A stretch of DNA of 64,000 nt from the NCBI GenBank assembly GCA_963771465.1, contig CAVYTU010000017.1:960001-1024000 (forward strand). Direction: 5' to 3'. This document shows positions 1-10,839 of this stretch, piece after piece (position 1 is the first letter of the stretch; every line of letters starts with the position of its first letter). The notes under the pieces are model-generated. The model made no database searches, had not been told where the DNA came from, and saw only the letters and a list, made by a program, of their open reading frames with translations. The stretch comes from an uncultured delta proteobacterium (GTDB lineage: Bacteria > Desulfobacterota > Binatia > UBA9968). Position numbers and translations under genes: made by a program.

Positions 1-2223
1 CGCTGCAAAACCGCGCTTGCCGATATCGAAGTAGTGCACGAAGATACCGACGGCAGCCTTTGGCATATTCGCTATCCGCTAGCCGACGATGGGTCACAGG
101 CTCTCATCGTCGCGACCACTCGGCCGGAAACCATGCTTGGCGATAGCGCCGTTGCCGTTCATCCCGACGACCAGCGTTACAAAGAATTCGTCGGCAAAAA
201 AATTCGTTTGCCGATCACCGGCCGAATCGTGACATTAATCGCCGATTCGTTCGTTGACCGCGAGTTCGGCACCGGCGCGCTCAAGATCACGCCAGGGCAT
301 GACTTCAACGATTTCGACATTGGCGAGCGGTTTCATCTCGACAAGATCAGTATTTTCGACGCGGATGCGCGGATTGACGCAAGCGCATTTTCGGCCCGCG
401 GTGAGAGTGGCGATTGGATTGAGCGCTACGGCGGCAGGGACCGTTTCGAGGCGCGCAAACTCGTGGTCGCCGAATTGAACGAGAACGGCTTTCTCGTCAA
501 GACCGAGGCGCACAAGCTATCCGTTGGGCGCTGCTATCGCTGCCAGACGGTGATTGAGCCGTATCTCACGCCGCAGTGGTTTGTCGACATCAAACCGCTC
601 GCCGAGCCGGCGATGCAGGTCGTGCGCGACGGCCGGATCAAGATTGTCCCGGAAGGTTGGAGCAACTCTTATTTTGCCTGGATGGAAAACATCAAGGACT
701 GGTGCATCTCGCGGCAGATTTGGTGGGGTCACCAGATTCCAGCCTGGTACTGTAAAAGTTGCGACGGCGCGAATCTTATCGTCGCAGCAGACGGCGGCTA
801 CTCGCTCACCAAAGACGCCCAGCCGATCGTCGGACGCCAACGGCCGGGAAGTTGTCCTCAGTGCGGCAGCAAAGAACTGCTACAAGATCCCGACGTGCTC
901 GATACCTGGTTTTCTTCCGGTCTCTGGCCGTTTTCCACGCTTGGCTGGCCGGAACGCACCGAGGACTTAAAAACTTTCTACCCGACTTCGACTTTGGTGA
1001 CCGGCTTCGACATTCTTTTTTTCTGGGTCGCGCGCATGATCATGATGGGACTCAAGTTCATGGGCGATGTGCCGTTTCGCGATGTCTATATTCATGCGCT
1101 GGTGCGCGACGAGCAGGGCCAGAAAATGTCCAAGTCCAAAGGCAACGTCATCGATCCGCTGGAGATTATGAGCAGGTATGGCACCGATGCGTTTCGCTTC
1201 ACGCTCACCGCGATGGCGGCCATGGGCCGCGACATCAAGCTCGCCGAAGAGCGTATCGGCGGTTATCAGAATTTCGTCAATAAATTGTGGAACGCGGCGC
1301 GCTTCGTGCAGATGAATCTAGGCGATTCCGCTGACGCACGACCCAGCGGTCAAAGCCGACTCGCCGCCAACGATCTTGCACTGGCCGACAGCTGGATTCG
1401 TTCGCGTCTGGCATCGACCATCCGCGATGCTCGTGAAGCGGTCGAAGCTTATCGATTTAACGATTACGCCAATGTCTTGTATCAGTTCACCTGGCATGAG
1501 TTCTGCGACTGGTATATCGAGATGAGCAAGCTTTCGCTCAACGGTGTCAACGCCAATCAAGCAGGCGAATGCCGGCAATTGCTGCGCGAGCTGTTAGAGC
1601 AGATTCTTTTGCTGCTTCATCCGATCATGCCGTATGTCACTGAAGAAATCTGGCAGGTGCTCGGCGAAGAGCGTCCGAGCATCATGGTCGAACCCTATCC
1701 CAAGCTCGAGGCTGCTTGGATCGATGCCGGCTGTGAGAAGCAAATGAACTTTTTGATGGGCGTCATTCGCGCCGTCAGAAATCTCCGCACCGAGCTCAAC
1801 TGCCCGCCGGGGAAGGAAGTCAAAGTGATTTTTTGTGGCCGGGATACCGACCTCAACTTTCTGCGTGAACAGCAGCGTTATCTGCGCGCTTTGGCGCGGG
1901 TCGGAGCGTCCGATTATCGTTCAACCGGAGATCGGCCCAAGGGAGCGGCCACAGCCGTGGTCGACGCCACGGAAATCTATTTGCCGCTTGATGACCTGAT
2001 CAATCTCGACGATGAGCGGGCGCGTCTGAGCAAGGAAATTGGCAAAGTTGAGGATGAAATGCAGCGCGTTCGAAAGAAGTTGGGTAATAACGACTTCATC
2101 GCCAAGGCCAAGGAAGAAGTGATTCAAAAGGAGCGCGACAAGGCGGTTCAGTTCGAAGAGAAAATGCGCACGCTGCGCACCAACCTGGAGAAAATCGCGG
2201 AAATTCAAGCCGGAAAGGAATAG
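1..2223 (+). CDS. valS: Valine--tRNA ligase (5' truncated by window edge)
   Basis: ATTRPET, DWCISRQIWWGH, KMSKS motifs and C-terminal coiled-coil arm; frame open from base 1. Confidence 0.98.
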   Translation, partial: RCKTALADIEVVHEDTDGSLWHIRYPLADDGSQALIVATTRPETMLGDSAVAVHPDDQRYKEFVGKKIRLPITGRIVTLIADSFVDREFGTGALKITPGHDFNDFDIGERFHLDKISIFDADARIDASAFSARGESGDWIERYGGRDRFEARKLVVAELNENGFLVKTEAHKLSVGRCYRCQTVIEPYLTPQWFVDIKPLAEPAMQVVRDGRIKIVPEGWSNSYFAWMENIKDWCISRQIWWGHQIPAWYCKSCDGANLIVAADGGYSLTKDAQPIVGRQRPGSCPQCGSKELLQDPDVLDTWFSSGLWPFSTLGWPERTEDLKTFYPTSTLVTGFDILFFWVARMIMMGLKFMGDVPFRDVYIHALVRDEQGQKMSKSKGNVIDPLEIMSRYGTDAFRFTLTAMAAMGRDIKLAEERIGGYQNFVNKLWNAARFVQMNLGDSADARPSGQSRLAANDLALADSWIRSRLASTIRDAREAVEAYRFNDYANVLYQFTWHEFCDWYIEMSKLSLNGVNANQAGECRQLLRELLEQILLLLHPIMPYVTEEIWQVLGEERPSIMVEPYPKLEAAWIDAGCEKQMNFLMGVIRAVRNLRTELNCPPGKEVKVIFCGRDTDLNFLREQQRYLRALARVGASDYRSTGDRPKGAATAVVDATEIYLPLDDLINLDDERARLSKEIGKVEDEMQRVRKKLGNNDFIAKAKEEVIQKERDKAVQFEEKMRTLRTNLEKIAEIQAGKE

Positions 2224-2226
2224 ACG

Positions 2227-3078
2227 ATGGATATTCACGTCAGTCCGCAGATCGAACGTTTGATTCGCGATTCATTGGACGAGGACATCGGCGCCGGCGA
2301 CCTGGCGACTATGGCGACCGTCGCCGCCGAGGCGCAAGGTAAGGGATTATTTCGCGCCAAGAAAGACGGCGTGGTAGCCGGCTTAGTCTTGCTTGAGCGA
2401 ATTTTCTATTTCATCGATCACAGAATACAGGTTCGCTTGCTGACCAAGGACGGTACGGCGGTAGCGAACGGAACGGTGGTCGCTGAAGCGGTGGGACCAG
2501 TTCGCGCTTTATTATTAGCCGAGCGCACGGCGTTGAATTTTTTGCAACGCTTGTCGGGCACCGCGACCTTGACGCGCAAATTAGTTGACGCGGTCAAAGA
2601 TTTTCCCTGCAAAGTTCTCGATACGCGAAAGACGACGCCAGGACTTCGGACGTTAGAGAAATACGCCGTGCGCATGGGCGGCGGCATGAATCATCGGATT
2701 GGTTTGTACGACGCCGCTCTGGTCAAAGACAATCATATCGAAGCGACCGGCTCGATTGCCGATGCGGTCCAAGCGGTGCGCCGCCATGCGCCGTTCATGG
2801 CCAAAGTCGAAGTCGAAGCCGGCAACCTGAAGCAAGTTCAAGAGGCGATCGACGCCGGCGCCGACGTCATCATGCTCGATAACATGACCTTGGCGCAGAT
2901 GGCGGAAGCCGTAAAACTCGTCAATAAGCGCGCTTGGGTCGAAGCTTCGGGCGGTATTACGCTCGATTCGATTCGCAAAGTCGCCGAGACCGGCGTTGAT
3001 TTTATTTCCTCCGGCGCGCTGACTCACTCGGCGCCGGTGGTCGACTTCAACATGAAGATCACGATGAATGTCGCCTAA
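2227..3078 (+). CDS. nadC: Nicotinate-nucleotide pyrophosphorylase (quinolinate phosphoribosyltransferase)
   Basis: DTRKTTPGLR, NHRxGL, KDNH, EVE, MLDN, EASGG motifs. Confidence 0.97.
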   Translation: MDIHVSPQIERLIRDSLDEDIGAGDLATMATVAAEAQGKGLFRAKKDGVVAGLVLLERIFYFIDHRIQVRLLTKDGTAVANGTVVAEAVGPVRALLLAERTALNFLQRLSGTATLTRKLVDAVKDFPCKVLDTRKTTPGLRTLEKYAVRMGGGMNHRIGLYDAALVKDNHIEATGSIADAVQAVRRHAPFMAKVEVEAGNLKQVQEAIDAGADVIMLDNMTLAQMAEAVKLVNKRAWVEASGGITLDSIRKVAETGVDFISSGALTHSAPVVDFNMKITMNVA

Positions 3079-3886
3079 CGATCCGCTTCAAGGCGCGGCC
3101 TGGTCGATGGATGAATTGCGTCACGGCCTGGCGCTCAAAAGACTCGGTAGCGGGTTTCATTATTTCGCCGAGATCGATTCGACGAACACTTACGCCCGTC
3201 AGCTCGCCGAAAACGGCGCGAGCGAAGGCGAGATCGTTATCGCCGAGGCGCAAACTCAAGGACGCGGCCGACTCGGCCGCCGCTGGCAGTCGCCGCCATT
3301 CGCCAATCTTTATTTCTCGGTAATACTCCGCCCTCAGCTCCCGCCGATGCGGGCGCCGCAAATCACTTTGACGGCCGCCGTGGCTTTGGCTGAAACCGTG
3401 GCTTCGTTCATCGCTCAACCCGCCACGATCAAATGGCCCAACGACATTCTCGTCGACGGCAGGAAATTGGCGGGCATTCTCACTGAAGCCTCATGCGACC
3501 CGAATAAAATAAAATTCGTCATTCTTGGCATCGGCGTGAACTTGAACTATCGCGTCGCGACAATGCCGGAGGAGATTCGCGCCCACGCCACTTCGATGGC
3601 CGAATTAACCGGCAGTTCGATTCACCGTGAAAGCTTTCTCAGACGATTGATTCAAGGCCTTGACCGGTGCTATGGAGAGCTTGACGAGTTCGGCTTTGCC
3701 GGGCTGGCGCCGCGTTGGGAAGCGCACTTTGGATTGCGCGATAAGCGGGTGCGAGTAGAGCTGCTCGACCAGATCGTTACCGGACGGGCGCTAGGCATCG
3801 ATGAGGACGGCGCGCTGCTGATTGAAGATGACCGGGGGACACGTCAAAGAGTGCTCGCCGGCGATGTGATTCCAGTGGAGAGTTGA
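3068..3886 (+). CDS. birA: Biotin--[acetyl-CoA carboxylase] ligase, no N-terminal HTH
   Basis: [32 protein letters not shown]. Confidence 0.95.
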   Translation: MSPNDPLQGAAWSMDELRHGLALKRLGSGFHYFAEIDSTNTYARQLAENGASEGEIVIAEAQTQGRGRLGRRWQSPPFANLYFSVILRPQLPPMRAPQITLTAAVALAETVASFIAQPATIKWPNDILVDGRKLAGILTEASCDPNKIKFVILGIGVNLNYRVATMPEEIRAHATSMAELTGSSIHRESFLRRLIQGLDRCYGELDEFGFAGLAPRWEAHFGLRDKRVRVELLDQIVTGRALGIDEDGALLIEDDRGTRQRVLAGDVIPVES

Positions 3887-3897
3887 TACCAAGTTCC

Positions 3898-4692
3898 ATG
3901 CTTTTGGCCATCGATATCGGCAATACCAACATCGTCCTGGGGCTGTACCAGGACAAACAGTTGATCACCCATTGGCGTTTGGCGACCCAAGCCGAGCGCA
4001 CCGCCGATGAGTATGGCGTCATCATTACCCAGCTCGTTACCTACGCCGGTTTCACGGTCGATCAAATCCATGCCATTGTCGTCTCCTGCGTCGTGCCACC
4101 GATGTTGACGACGACCCAGGAGTTGGCGCAGAAGTTTTTCAAGCTCGAGCCGCTGATCGTCGGACCCGGTATCAAGACCGGCATGCCGATTCTCTATGAG
4201 AGTCCCAAGGATGTCGGCGCCGACCGCATTGTCAACGGCATTGCCGCCTACGAAAAATATCGCGACAGTTGCATCATCGTCGATTTCGGTACGGCGACGA
4301 CCATTGATCTGATTTCTAAAAAAGGCGAGTACGTCGGCGGCGCCATCGCGCCGGGCTTGTCGATCTCGCTCGAAGCCTTGGTGCAGCGGGCGTCGAAATT
4401 GCCGCGCATCGAAATCGTCAAGCCCAAAGAAGTGGTCGGGCGCAACACGGTCAATTCGATCCAAGCTGGGATTTTTTTCGGTTACGTCGGTTTGGTCGAT
4501 GGCATCGTGCGGCGAATTCAAAAAGAACAAAACGTGCACGCAAAGGTCGTCGCCACGGGCGGATTGGCGCCGTTGGTTGCCGCGGAATGCAGCAGCATCC
4601 ATGAGGTGGATGAGTTTTTAACCCTCGAAGGGTTGCGTATCATCCACGAACGAAATTCACTCCAAGAGGTAAAAATCAGAGCACAGAGTTAA
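3898..4692 (+). CDS. coaX: Type III pantothenate kinase
   Basis: [33 protein letters not shown]. Confidence 0.96.
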   Translation: MLLAIDIGNTNIVLGLYQDKQLITHWRLATQAERTADEYGVIITQLVTYAGFTVDQIHAIVVSCVVPPMLTTTQELAQKFFKLEPLIVGPGIKTGMPILYESPKDVGADRIVNGIAAYEKYRDSCIIVDFGTATTIDLISKKGEYVGGAIAPGLSISLEALVQRASKLPRIEIVKPKEVVGRNTVNSIQAGIFFGYVGLVDGIVRRIQKEQNVHAKVVATGGLAPLVAAECSSIHEVDEFLTLEGLRIIHERNSLQEVKIRAQS

Positions 4693-4716
4693 TTTTTTAA
4701 GGAGGAACCGATTGTC

Positions 4717-6828
4717 ATGGCTGTAACGGAGCTCGATAAACTTCGTAACGTCGGCATACTAGGTCATGGGGGTTCAGGCAAAACCTCCGTGGGCGAGGCG
4801 ATGTTGTTTGCGGCGGGGGCGACCCAGCGGCTGGGCAAGGTTCAAGACGGCACATCAGTGCTGGATCATGAACCCGAAGAGATCAAGCATCGTGTGTCGA
4901 TCTCGACGGCGTTTCACTCCTTATCCTGGAACAAATTTCCGATCACGTTGATCGACACGCCGGGTTACGCCGCGTTCTTGGCCGATTCGATTTTTTGCAT
5001 GCGCGGTTTTCCCACCGCCGTCTTCGTACTCAATCCGGCGGTGGGCTTGCGCGTCGAGTCCGAGCGTCTATGGGCGAAAGCCAATGAAGACGGTGTCAGC
5101 CGGTTGCTGTTTGTCAGCAAGATGGACCATGAACAGGCCAACGTGCACGAGCGTATCGCGCCGATGCTCGAAACTTTGGAAGCCAAAGGCGTTTATCTGC
5201 AAATGCCGATCGGCGTGGAAGCCGAGTTCAAAGGCGTGGTCGATCTGTTGACCATGAAGGCATATGTCTACAGCGGCGATTCGGGAAAATTCACCGAAAG
5301 CGAAATCCCCGCCGACTTGAAGGACAGCGCTGAGGAATGGCGCCAAAAAATGGTTGAAGATGTGTCCGAGACCAACGACGAACTCTTAGAAAAGTTTCTC
5401 GACGGCCAAGAGATGTCGGTGGACGATCTTAAACAAGCGATCCGCGCCGCAACCCGAGAGCGAAAAATTTATCCCATCTTGTTTGGCGCGCCGCTGCGCC
5501 AAATCGGCGTTGTCCAACTACTCAATGCGGTCACCGATTATCTGCCGTCGCCGCTTGAGGCGGGCGTCGCCGAGGGGCAGAACCCGGTCAACGGTGAACC
5601 GGTGAAGCGCGCTGCGGATCCCAACGGGCCGTTCTCAGCTTATGTTTTTAAAACCCTCATCGATCCCTTCGCCGGCAAGCTTTCGATCATGCGCGTGATG
5701 TCCGGTAAGATCGTATCCGACATGCCCTGTTACGTGGCAAGCCGCCAGGTACGGGAAAAAGTCGGTCACCTGTTTCGCCTCGAGGGCAAAAAACAAGAGA
5801 CGGTAAAGGAAGCGTTGGCCGGCGAGATCGTCGCAGCGGCGAAGTTCAAAGACATCGCCACGGGTGATACGCTTTGCGACGAAAAGACGCCGATTCGATA
5901 CCAAGACCCGATCCATTTCTCACCGAATATCTCGTTTGCCTTGGAGCCCAAGAGTAAAGCTGACGAGGATAAGTTGCCCCAAGGGCTGCATCGCATGAAG
6001 GAAGAAGATCACACTATCGAGCTGCACCGCGACGAGGAAACCAGAGATTTTATTTTGTCGGGTATGGGCCAGCAGCATATCGAAATCGTTGTCGAGAAAT
6101 TGAAACGTAAATACGGCGCTGAGGTCGTGCTTAAAGCGCCCAAGGTGCCCTACAAAGAAACCATTCGCGGCAGCGCCAGCGCTCAAGGGCGGCAAAAAAA
6201 GCAGACCGGCGGTCATGGCCAGTTCGGCGATACCTGGATCAAAGTCGAACCTCTGCCCCATGGCGGCGGATTTGAGTTCGTCGACAAAATCGTCGGCGGC
6301 GCGATTCCGAAAAATTATATTCCGGCGGTGGAGAAGGGGATTCGAGATGCGATGGCGGGCGGTTACCTGGCCGGCTATCCGATGGTGGATGTCCGGGCGA
6401 CGCTTTACGACGGCTCCTATCATGATGTCGATTCCTCAGATATGGCGTTTAAGATCGCCGCGTCGATGGGATTCAAAAACGCCGTGGAAAAGGCCAAGCC
6501 GATTTTGCTCGAACCGATGATGAACATGGAAGTGTCGGTACCGGATGAATGCTTGGGCGATGTGATCGGCGATCTCAATAGCCGGCGCGGCAAGGTGCTC
6601 GGCATGGACACCAAGGGCCATATTCAAGTGATCAAGTCAAAAGTGCCCATGGCCGAAGTATTGAAATACGCCCAAGATCTTCGTTCGATCACGAGCGGAC
6701 GCGGCGAGTTCCATATGGAGTTCTCGCACTACGACGAGCTGCCGGCGCATTTGGCGGAAAAGGTAATCAAGGAAGCCAAGGCGCGCAAGGCGGGGGAGCC
6801 GGAAGGGGAACACAAGGCGCATGGGTAG
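4717..6828 (+). CDS. fusA: Elongation factor G-like protein (EF-G2 type)
   Basis: GHGGSGKT, DTPG, SGMGQQH, KQTGGHGQFG, DGSYHDVDSS; AGGAGG RBS; divergent G2/G4 motifs. Confidence 0.92.
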   Translation: MAVTELDKLRNVGILGHGGSGKTSVGEAMLFAAGATQRLGKVQDGTSVLDHEPEEIKHRVSISTAFHSLSWNKFPITLIDTPGYAAFLADSIFCMRGFPTAVFVLNPAVGLRVESERLWAKANEDGVSRLLFVSKMDHEQANVHERIAPMLETLEAKGVYLQMPIGVEAEFKGVVDLLTMKAYVYSGDSGKFTESEIPADLKDSAEEWRQKMVEDVSETNDELLEKFLDGQEMSVDDLKQAIRAATRERKIYPILFGAPLRQIGVVQLLNAVTDYLPSPLEAGVAEGQNPVNGEPVKRAADPNGPFSAYVFKTLIDPFAGKLSIMRVMSGKIVSDMPCYVASRQVREKVGHLFRLEGKKQETVKEALAGEIVAAAKFKDIATGDTLCDEKTPIRYQDPIHFSPNISFALEPKSKADEDKLPQGLHRMKEEDHTIELHRDEETRDFILSGMGQQHIEIVVEKLKRKYGAEVVLKAPKVPYKETIRGSASAQGRQKKQTGGHGQFGDTWIKVEPLPHGGGFEFVDKIVGGAIPKNYIPAVEKGIRDAMAGGYLAGYPMVDVRATLYDGSYHDVDSSDMAFKIAASMGFKNAVEKAKPILLEPMMNMEVSVPDECLGDVIGDLNSRRGKVLGMDTKGHIQVIKSKVPMAEVLKYAQDLRSITSGRGEFHMEFSHYDELPAHLAEKVIKEAKARKAGEPEGEHKAHG

Positions 6829-6839
6829 GGGCCGATAAC

Positions 6840-7061
6840 ATGGCGGCGGATTCCTACAGCCAGTTCAACGCGAGCCTGCTCTACTGTAACAAGTGCGGCC
6901 AGGCCATGCCGGTGCGCCAGCGCTTGCTGCTGGTTCTGCCCGATGGCGACCTGTATGACTACACCTGTGAACGTTGTCATACTTCGGTGGGGTCGAAAAC
7001 CGAGAAGGCCGGTGCGAATCAAAACATCGGTAATCGCAAGCCTGGTTTAGGAGAATTCTAG
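6840..7061 (+). CDS. Small zinc-ribbon protein (CxxC...CxxC), unknown function
   Basis: CNKC and CERC pairs; packed tightly between fusA and the amidohydrolase. Confidence 0.75.
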   Translation: MAADSYSQFNASLLYCNKCGQAMPVRQRLLLVLPDGDLYDYTCERCHTSVGSKTEKAGANQNIGNRKPGLGEF

Positions 7062-7062
7062 C

Positions 7063-8091
7063 ATGGCCGTTATCGATTCAGACGCGCATGTCCTCGAGAC
7101 GGAACATACCTGGGACTATATGTTGGAGTCCGAGCGCGCGCTCAAACCGCGCATCGTGCCGACGCCCAACGATCCGACGTCGGGCGGCGAATCGTGGCTG
7201 GTGGATGGGACCTATATCGGCAAAGCGCGCAATGTCGGCGCCGATACCTCGCGCGAGTCGCGCGAGATGGCTGACATCACGGCGCGGCTAAAGCACATGG
7301 ACGATCTCGAGATCGATATTCAGGTGCTTTATCCGACGATTTTCTTGCGGCCGTTCACGCGCCGCGCTGATGTCGAGCTGGGTGTGACGCGAAGCTACAA
7401 TCGTTGGCTGATCGATATTTGGAAAAAGGCGCCGCAGCGGCTGCGCTGGGTGGCGGTGTTGCCGCTGCTGTCGATGGACCAAGCGTTGGCGGAAGCGCGC
7501 CATGCCAAGGAAAACGGGGCTTGCGGGATTTTCATCCGCGGCCTTGAGGGGGAGAAGCGCTTGCACGATGCCTACTTTTATCCCCTCTACGAAGAGGCGG
7601 GCAAACTCGACTTGCCGATTTGCGTTCATTCAGCGACTGGCAGTTTCGCTGTGCACGATTATTTCGCCGATGAGTGCGGCTTTAACCGCTTCAAGCTCGC
7701 CGTGGTCGGCTCGTTTCATTCATTGATCTTCTACAAGATTCCAGAAAAGTTTCCCAAGACCAAGTGGGGCTTCATCGAAGTAAGTTCCCAGTGGGTACCC
7801 TATGCGATCCACGACTACGCGCGCCGCTACGAACGCAACGGCGCCAAGATTGACAAGAGCGAGGTGTTGCGTAAGAACAAAATTTGGGTGGCGTGCCAGA
7901 CCGACGACGACCTACCGTACGTGCTCAAATACTCCGGTGACGATATGCTGGTGATCGGCACGGACTACGGCCACAACGATACTTCTTCGGAAATCTTGGC
8001 GCTGCGCAAATTAAGAGAAGATGGTCTGGTGCCGACGCCAGTCGTCAACAAGATTCTCGATGACAACGCGCGGGCGTTATACGGTATATAG
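7063..8091 (+). CDS. Amidohydrolase-2 family protein
   Basis: IDSDAH, YNRW, PICVH, GTDYGH, NARALY; AGGAG RBS. Confidence 0.9.
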   Translation: MAVIDSDAHVLETEHTWDYMLESERALKPRIVPTPNDPTSGGESWLVDGTYIGKARNVGADTSRESREMADITARLKHMDDLEIDIQVLYPTIFLRPFTRRADVELGVTRSYNRWLIDIWKKAPQRLRWVAVLPLLSMDQALAEARHAKENGACGIFIRGLEGEKRLHDAYFYPLYEEAGKLDLPICVHSATGSFAVHDYFADECGFNRFKLAVVGSFHSLIFYKIPEKFPKTKWGFIEVSSQWVPYAIHDYARRYERNGAKIDKSEVLRKNKIWVACQTDDDLPYVLKYSGDDMLVIGTDYGHNDTSSEILALRKLREDGLVPTPVVNKILDDNARALYGI

Positions 8092-8121
8092 CCCGTCAGC
8101 CTCAAAAGCCCAGACCCTAAC

Positions 8122-9147
8122 ATGATCATCGATTTTCAAGCCCATGTATTTCCCGAAGTCTATCTCGCTGAGATGAAGCGGCTCGACGGCGCGGTTATTC
8201 TCGAAGCTCCCGATCCGCATAGCGGCATGACGTATTTTTACGACAAGCCGCTCAAATGCCGGATCAACACCTGCACCTTGCAAGGGCAGAATATCGAACG
8301 GCGCTTACAGCATATGGATCAGCACGGTGTTGACATCCACGTGTTGACGATCCCGGCGCCGGGCGCGGACCGCTTCGAAGGGGACGGCGCACTTGGCATC
8401 GCCCGGATTGCAAATGACGCCATCGCGGCGATCGCGCGCAAGCATCCCAAACGCTTTATCGGCTTTTTCACTTTGCCGACTTGCGATATCAAAGCGTCGC
8501 TTGATGAGTTGGAACGTTCGGTTAACGAGCTCGGTCTACGCGGCTTCGGCGGCTTTGCCAATTTGAATAGTAAGGCCTTGGACCGCGAAGAGCTGTTTCC
8601 GATTTACGAACGGCTGGCGACGTACAAGCTTCCGGTTTATGTCCATCCGACCGCGCCGCTGGCGACGGAATCAAGCGGCATCGACATCATGCCCACACTC
8701 ATCTTCGGCTGGGCCTACGATAGCACTGTGGCGATGACGCGCTTGGTTTATGGCCGGGTGTTGGAGCGCTTTCCGGAGATCAACTGGGTGGTCGCCGATG
8801 TCGGCGGCGTGTTGGCGTTTTTCGCTCAGCGAGCGATCAATATTTACACCGGCCGCACCGAGGAGATTCGCCACAAGTACGGTTTGAAAGAAAATCCTCT
8901 TGACTCGTTCCGCCGCTTTTACGTCGACACGGCGGATCATCCGGCGTCGACCTTACGCTGCGTAAAAGATTTTTTCACGCCGGATCGGATGGTGCTGGGA
9001 ACGAATTATCCCTACGGACCGGAAGAAGGCTGTGTGCTGCTTAGGAACAGTCTCAAAGCGATCGATGGTCTCGACTTGAGTTCCACCGATAAGGAAAAAA
9101 TTCTCGGCGGCAATGCCGCGAAGATTTTGGGAATAGGAGGGGCATGA
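8122..9147 (+). CDS. Amidohydrolase-2 family protein (ACMSD/decarboxylase-like) with atypical metal ligands
   Basis: IIDFQAH, PVYVHP, FYVDT, GTNYPY, KILGGNA. Confidence 0.88.
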   Translation: MIIDFQAHVFPEVYLAEMKRLDGAVILEAPDPHSGMTYFYDKPLKCRINTCTLQGQNIERRLQHMDQHGVDIHVLTIPAPGADRFEGDGALGIARIANDAIAAIARKHPKRFIGFFTLPTCDIKASLDELERSVNELGLRGFGGFANLNSKALDREELFPIYERLATYKLPVYVHPTAPLATESSGIDIMPTLIFGWAYDSTVAMTRLVYGRVLERFPEINWVVADVGGVLAFFAQRAINIYTGRTEEIRHKYGLKENPLDSFRRFYVDTADHPASTLRCVKDFFTPDRMVLGTNYPYGPEEGCVLLRNSLKAIDGLDLSSTDKEKILGGNAAKILGIGGA

Positions 9148-10745
9148 AATTCACCAAGGCAGCGCGGCCAGCGATCATGGGCCAGAACGGCATGGTTTCG
9201 TCCGGCCATCACTTAGCTTCGCTAACCGGTGTCGAGATTCTCAAGGAAGGCGGCAATGCCGTGGACGCCGCCCTCGCCGCTGCGTTCGTCATGTCGGTGG
9301 TGAAGCCCGAGACCAGTGGTCCGGGCGGCGATCTTTTCGCGCTGATCTACATAAAAAAAACCGGCAAAGTGGAAGCGCTCAACTCCAGCGGGCCGGCGCC
9401 GGCCAAAGCGACCATCGAGCAGTTTCACGACCGTGGCTTGAAAGGCATTCCACAATACGGGCCGCTCAGCATCGCCGTGCCGGGTGCCGTCGACGGCTGG
9501 CTCGAACTGCACAAGAAATATGGCACGAAAGATTTGGCGCGCTTAACCGCCGACGCGGTGCGTATCGCGCGCGAGGGCTTTCCAATCTCTCTGGAGTTCT
9601 CCGAAAGCGTCGCCGAATTCGCGCCGGAATATCCCTGGGTCGATAAATACTATCGCCAACCTTTCGGTACGGCGAAACCTGGAAACATCTTGTCGCAAAA
9701 AGGTCTGGCGGGGGTATTCGAAAGGATTGCACGCCAGGGGCGTGCCGGCTTTTACGCCGGCGAAGTCGCCGAGAAAATTTGTGCGACGATCAAAGCCGAA
9801 GGCGGCATGCTGGCGCCGGAAGACTTGCAGCCGATCGTCTGCCAGTGGCTTGAGCCGTTGGCGGCGACCTATCGCGACACCCTGGTTTACGAGCAACCGC
9901 CGGTATCCCAAGGTTTCATGGTCTTGGAAATGCTCAATATCGCCGAGGCTTGGCCGTTTCATGACGGCAGCATGAGCCAGGCGGAAATGATTCACTGGCA
10001 AATTGCGGCAAAAAAACTCGCCTTTGAGGATCGTATTCGATATCTCGAAGACCCCGCGTTCGGCGATCCGAAGATCGCGTTATTAATTTCCAAGGCGCAC
10101 GCGGCGCAGCGGCGCGAGCTTGCCGAAGAAATTCTGCGTCGGCCGCCAGCTTCAGCCGGCAATCAGAGCAGCGATACGACCTATCTTTGCGCTAGCGATC
10201 GCGACGGCAACGCGATCTCGTTCATTCAAAGCGTCTTTGCGCCCTTCGGCTCGCGCGTGATCGCCGGCGATACCGGCGTGATCATGAACAATCGTTTATG
10301 CAGCTTCGGTCTCGACCCGAGCAAGGCCAACTCGCTCAAGCCGGGCAAGCGACCGGCGCACACGCTCAATACCTATATGGTCTTTCGTGACAATGAGGTC
10401 TTTGCGATCGGCGGCAGTCCCGGCGCCGATGAGCAGCCACAAACTAATTTTCAAATCATCCACGACCTCGTCGATCTCGACATGGACCCGCAGAGCGCCG
10501 TCGAAGCGCCGCGCTGGAGCCACATGCCAGGCACGCCGCCGCGCGATCGATTGCCCGAAGCGCTGCGCATGGAAGCGGGCTACGATCGGACGACGCTCGA
10601 AAACTTGCGGATGAAAGGTCACCAGGTCAACGTCGTCGAGCGCTGGTCTTTCGGTAGCGCCAAAGTCATTGTGCGCGACCGCGCCAACGGCTGCTGGGTC
10701 GGCGGCGCCGACCCGCGGCGCGTCGCCTATGCCATGGGTTGGTAG
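9144..10745 (+). CDS. Gamma-glutamyltransferase family Ntn-hydrolase (cytoplasmic)
   Basis: GGNAVDAA, AVPGAVDGW, DTTY nucleophile Thr, PGKRPAHTL, GGADPRR; no signal peptide. Confidence 0.93.
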   Translation: MKFTKAARPAIMGQNGMVSSGHHLASLTGVEILKEGGNAVDAALAAAFVMSVVKPETSGPGGDLFALIYIKKTGKVEALNSSGPAPAKATIEQFHDRGLKGIPQYGPLSIAVPGAVDGWLELHKKYGTKDLARLTADAVRIAREGFPISLEFSESVAEFAPEYPWVDKYYRQPFGTAKPGNILSQKGLAGVFERIARQGRAGFYAGEVAEKICATIKAEGGMLAPEDLQPIVCQWLEPLAATYRDTLVYEQPPVSQGFMVLEMLNIAEAWPFHDGSMSQAEMIHWQIAAKKLAFEDRIRYLEDPAFGDPKIALLISKAHAAQRRELAEEILRRPPASAGNQSSDTTYLCASDRDGNAISFIQSVFAPFGSRVIAGDTGVIMNNRLCSFGLDPSKANSLKPGKRPAHTLNTYMVFRDNEVFAIGGSPGADEQPQTNFQIIHDLVDLDMDPQSAVEAPRWSHMPGTPPRDRLPEALRMEAGYDRTTLENLRMKGHQVNVVERWSFGSAKVIVRDRANGCWVGGADPRRVAYAMGW

Positions 10746-10839
10746 CGGCTCGGCCTGCCGAGATCGATTGGCGCAGCGTCGTCGGTTAGAATCCTAGTCC
10801 AAAGAACAAATTGCCTGGAGTCGGTTTGAGCGGTTGCCA

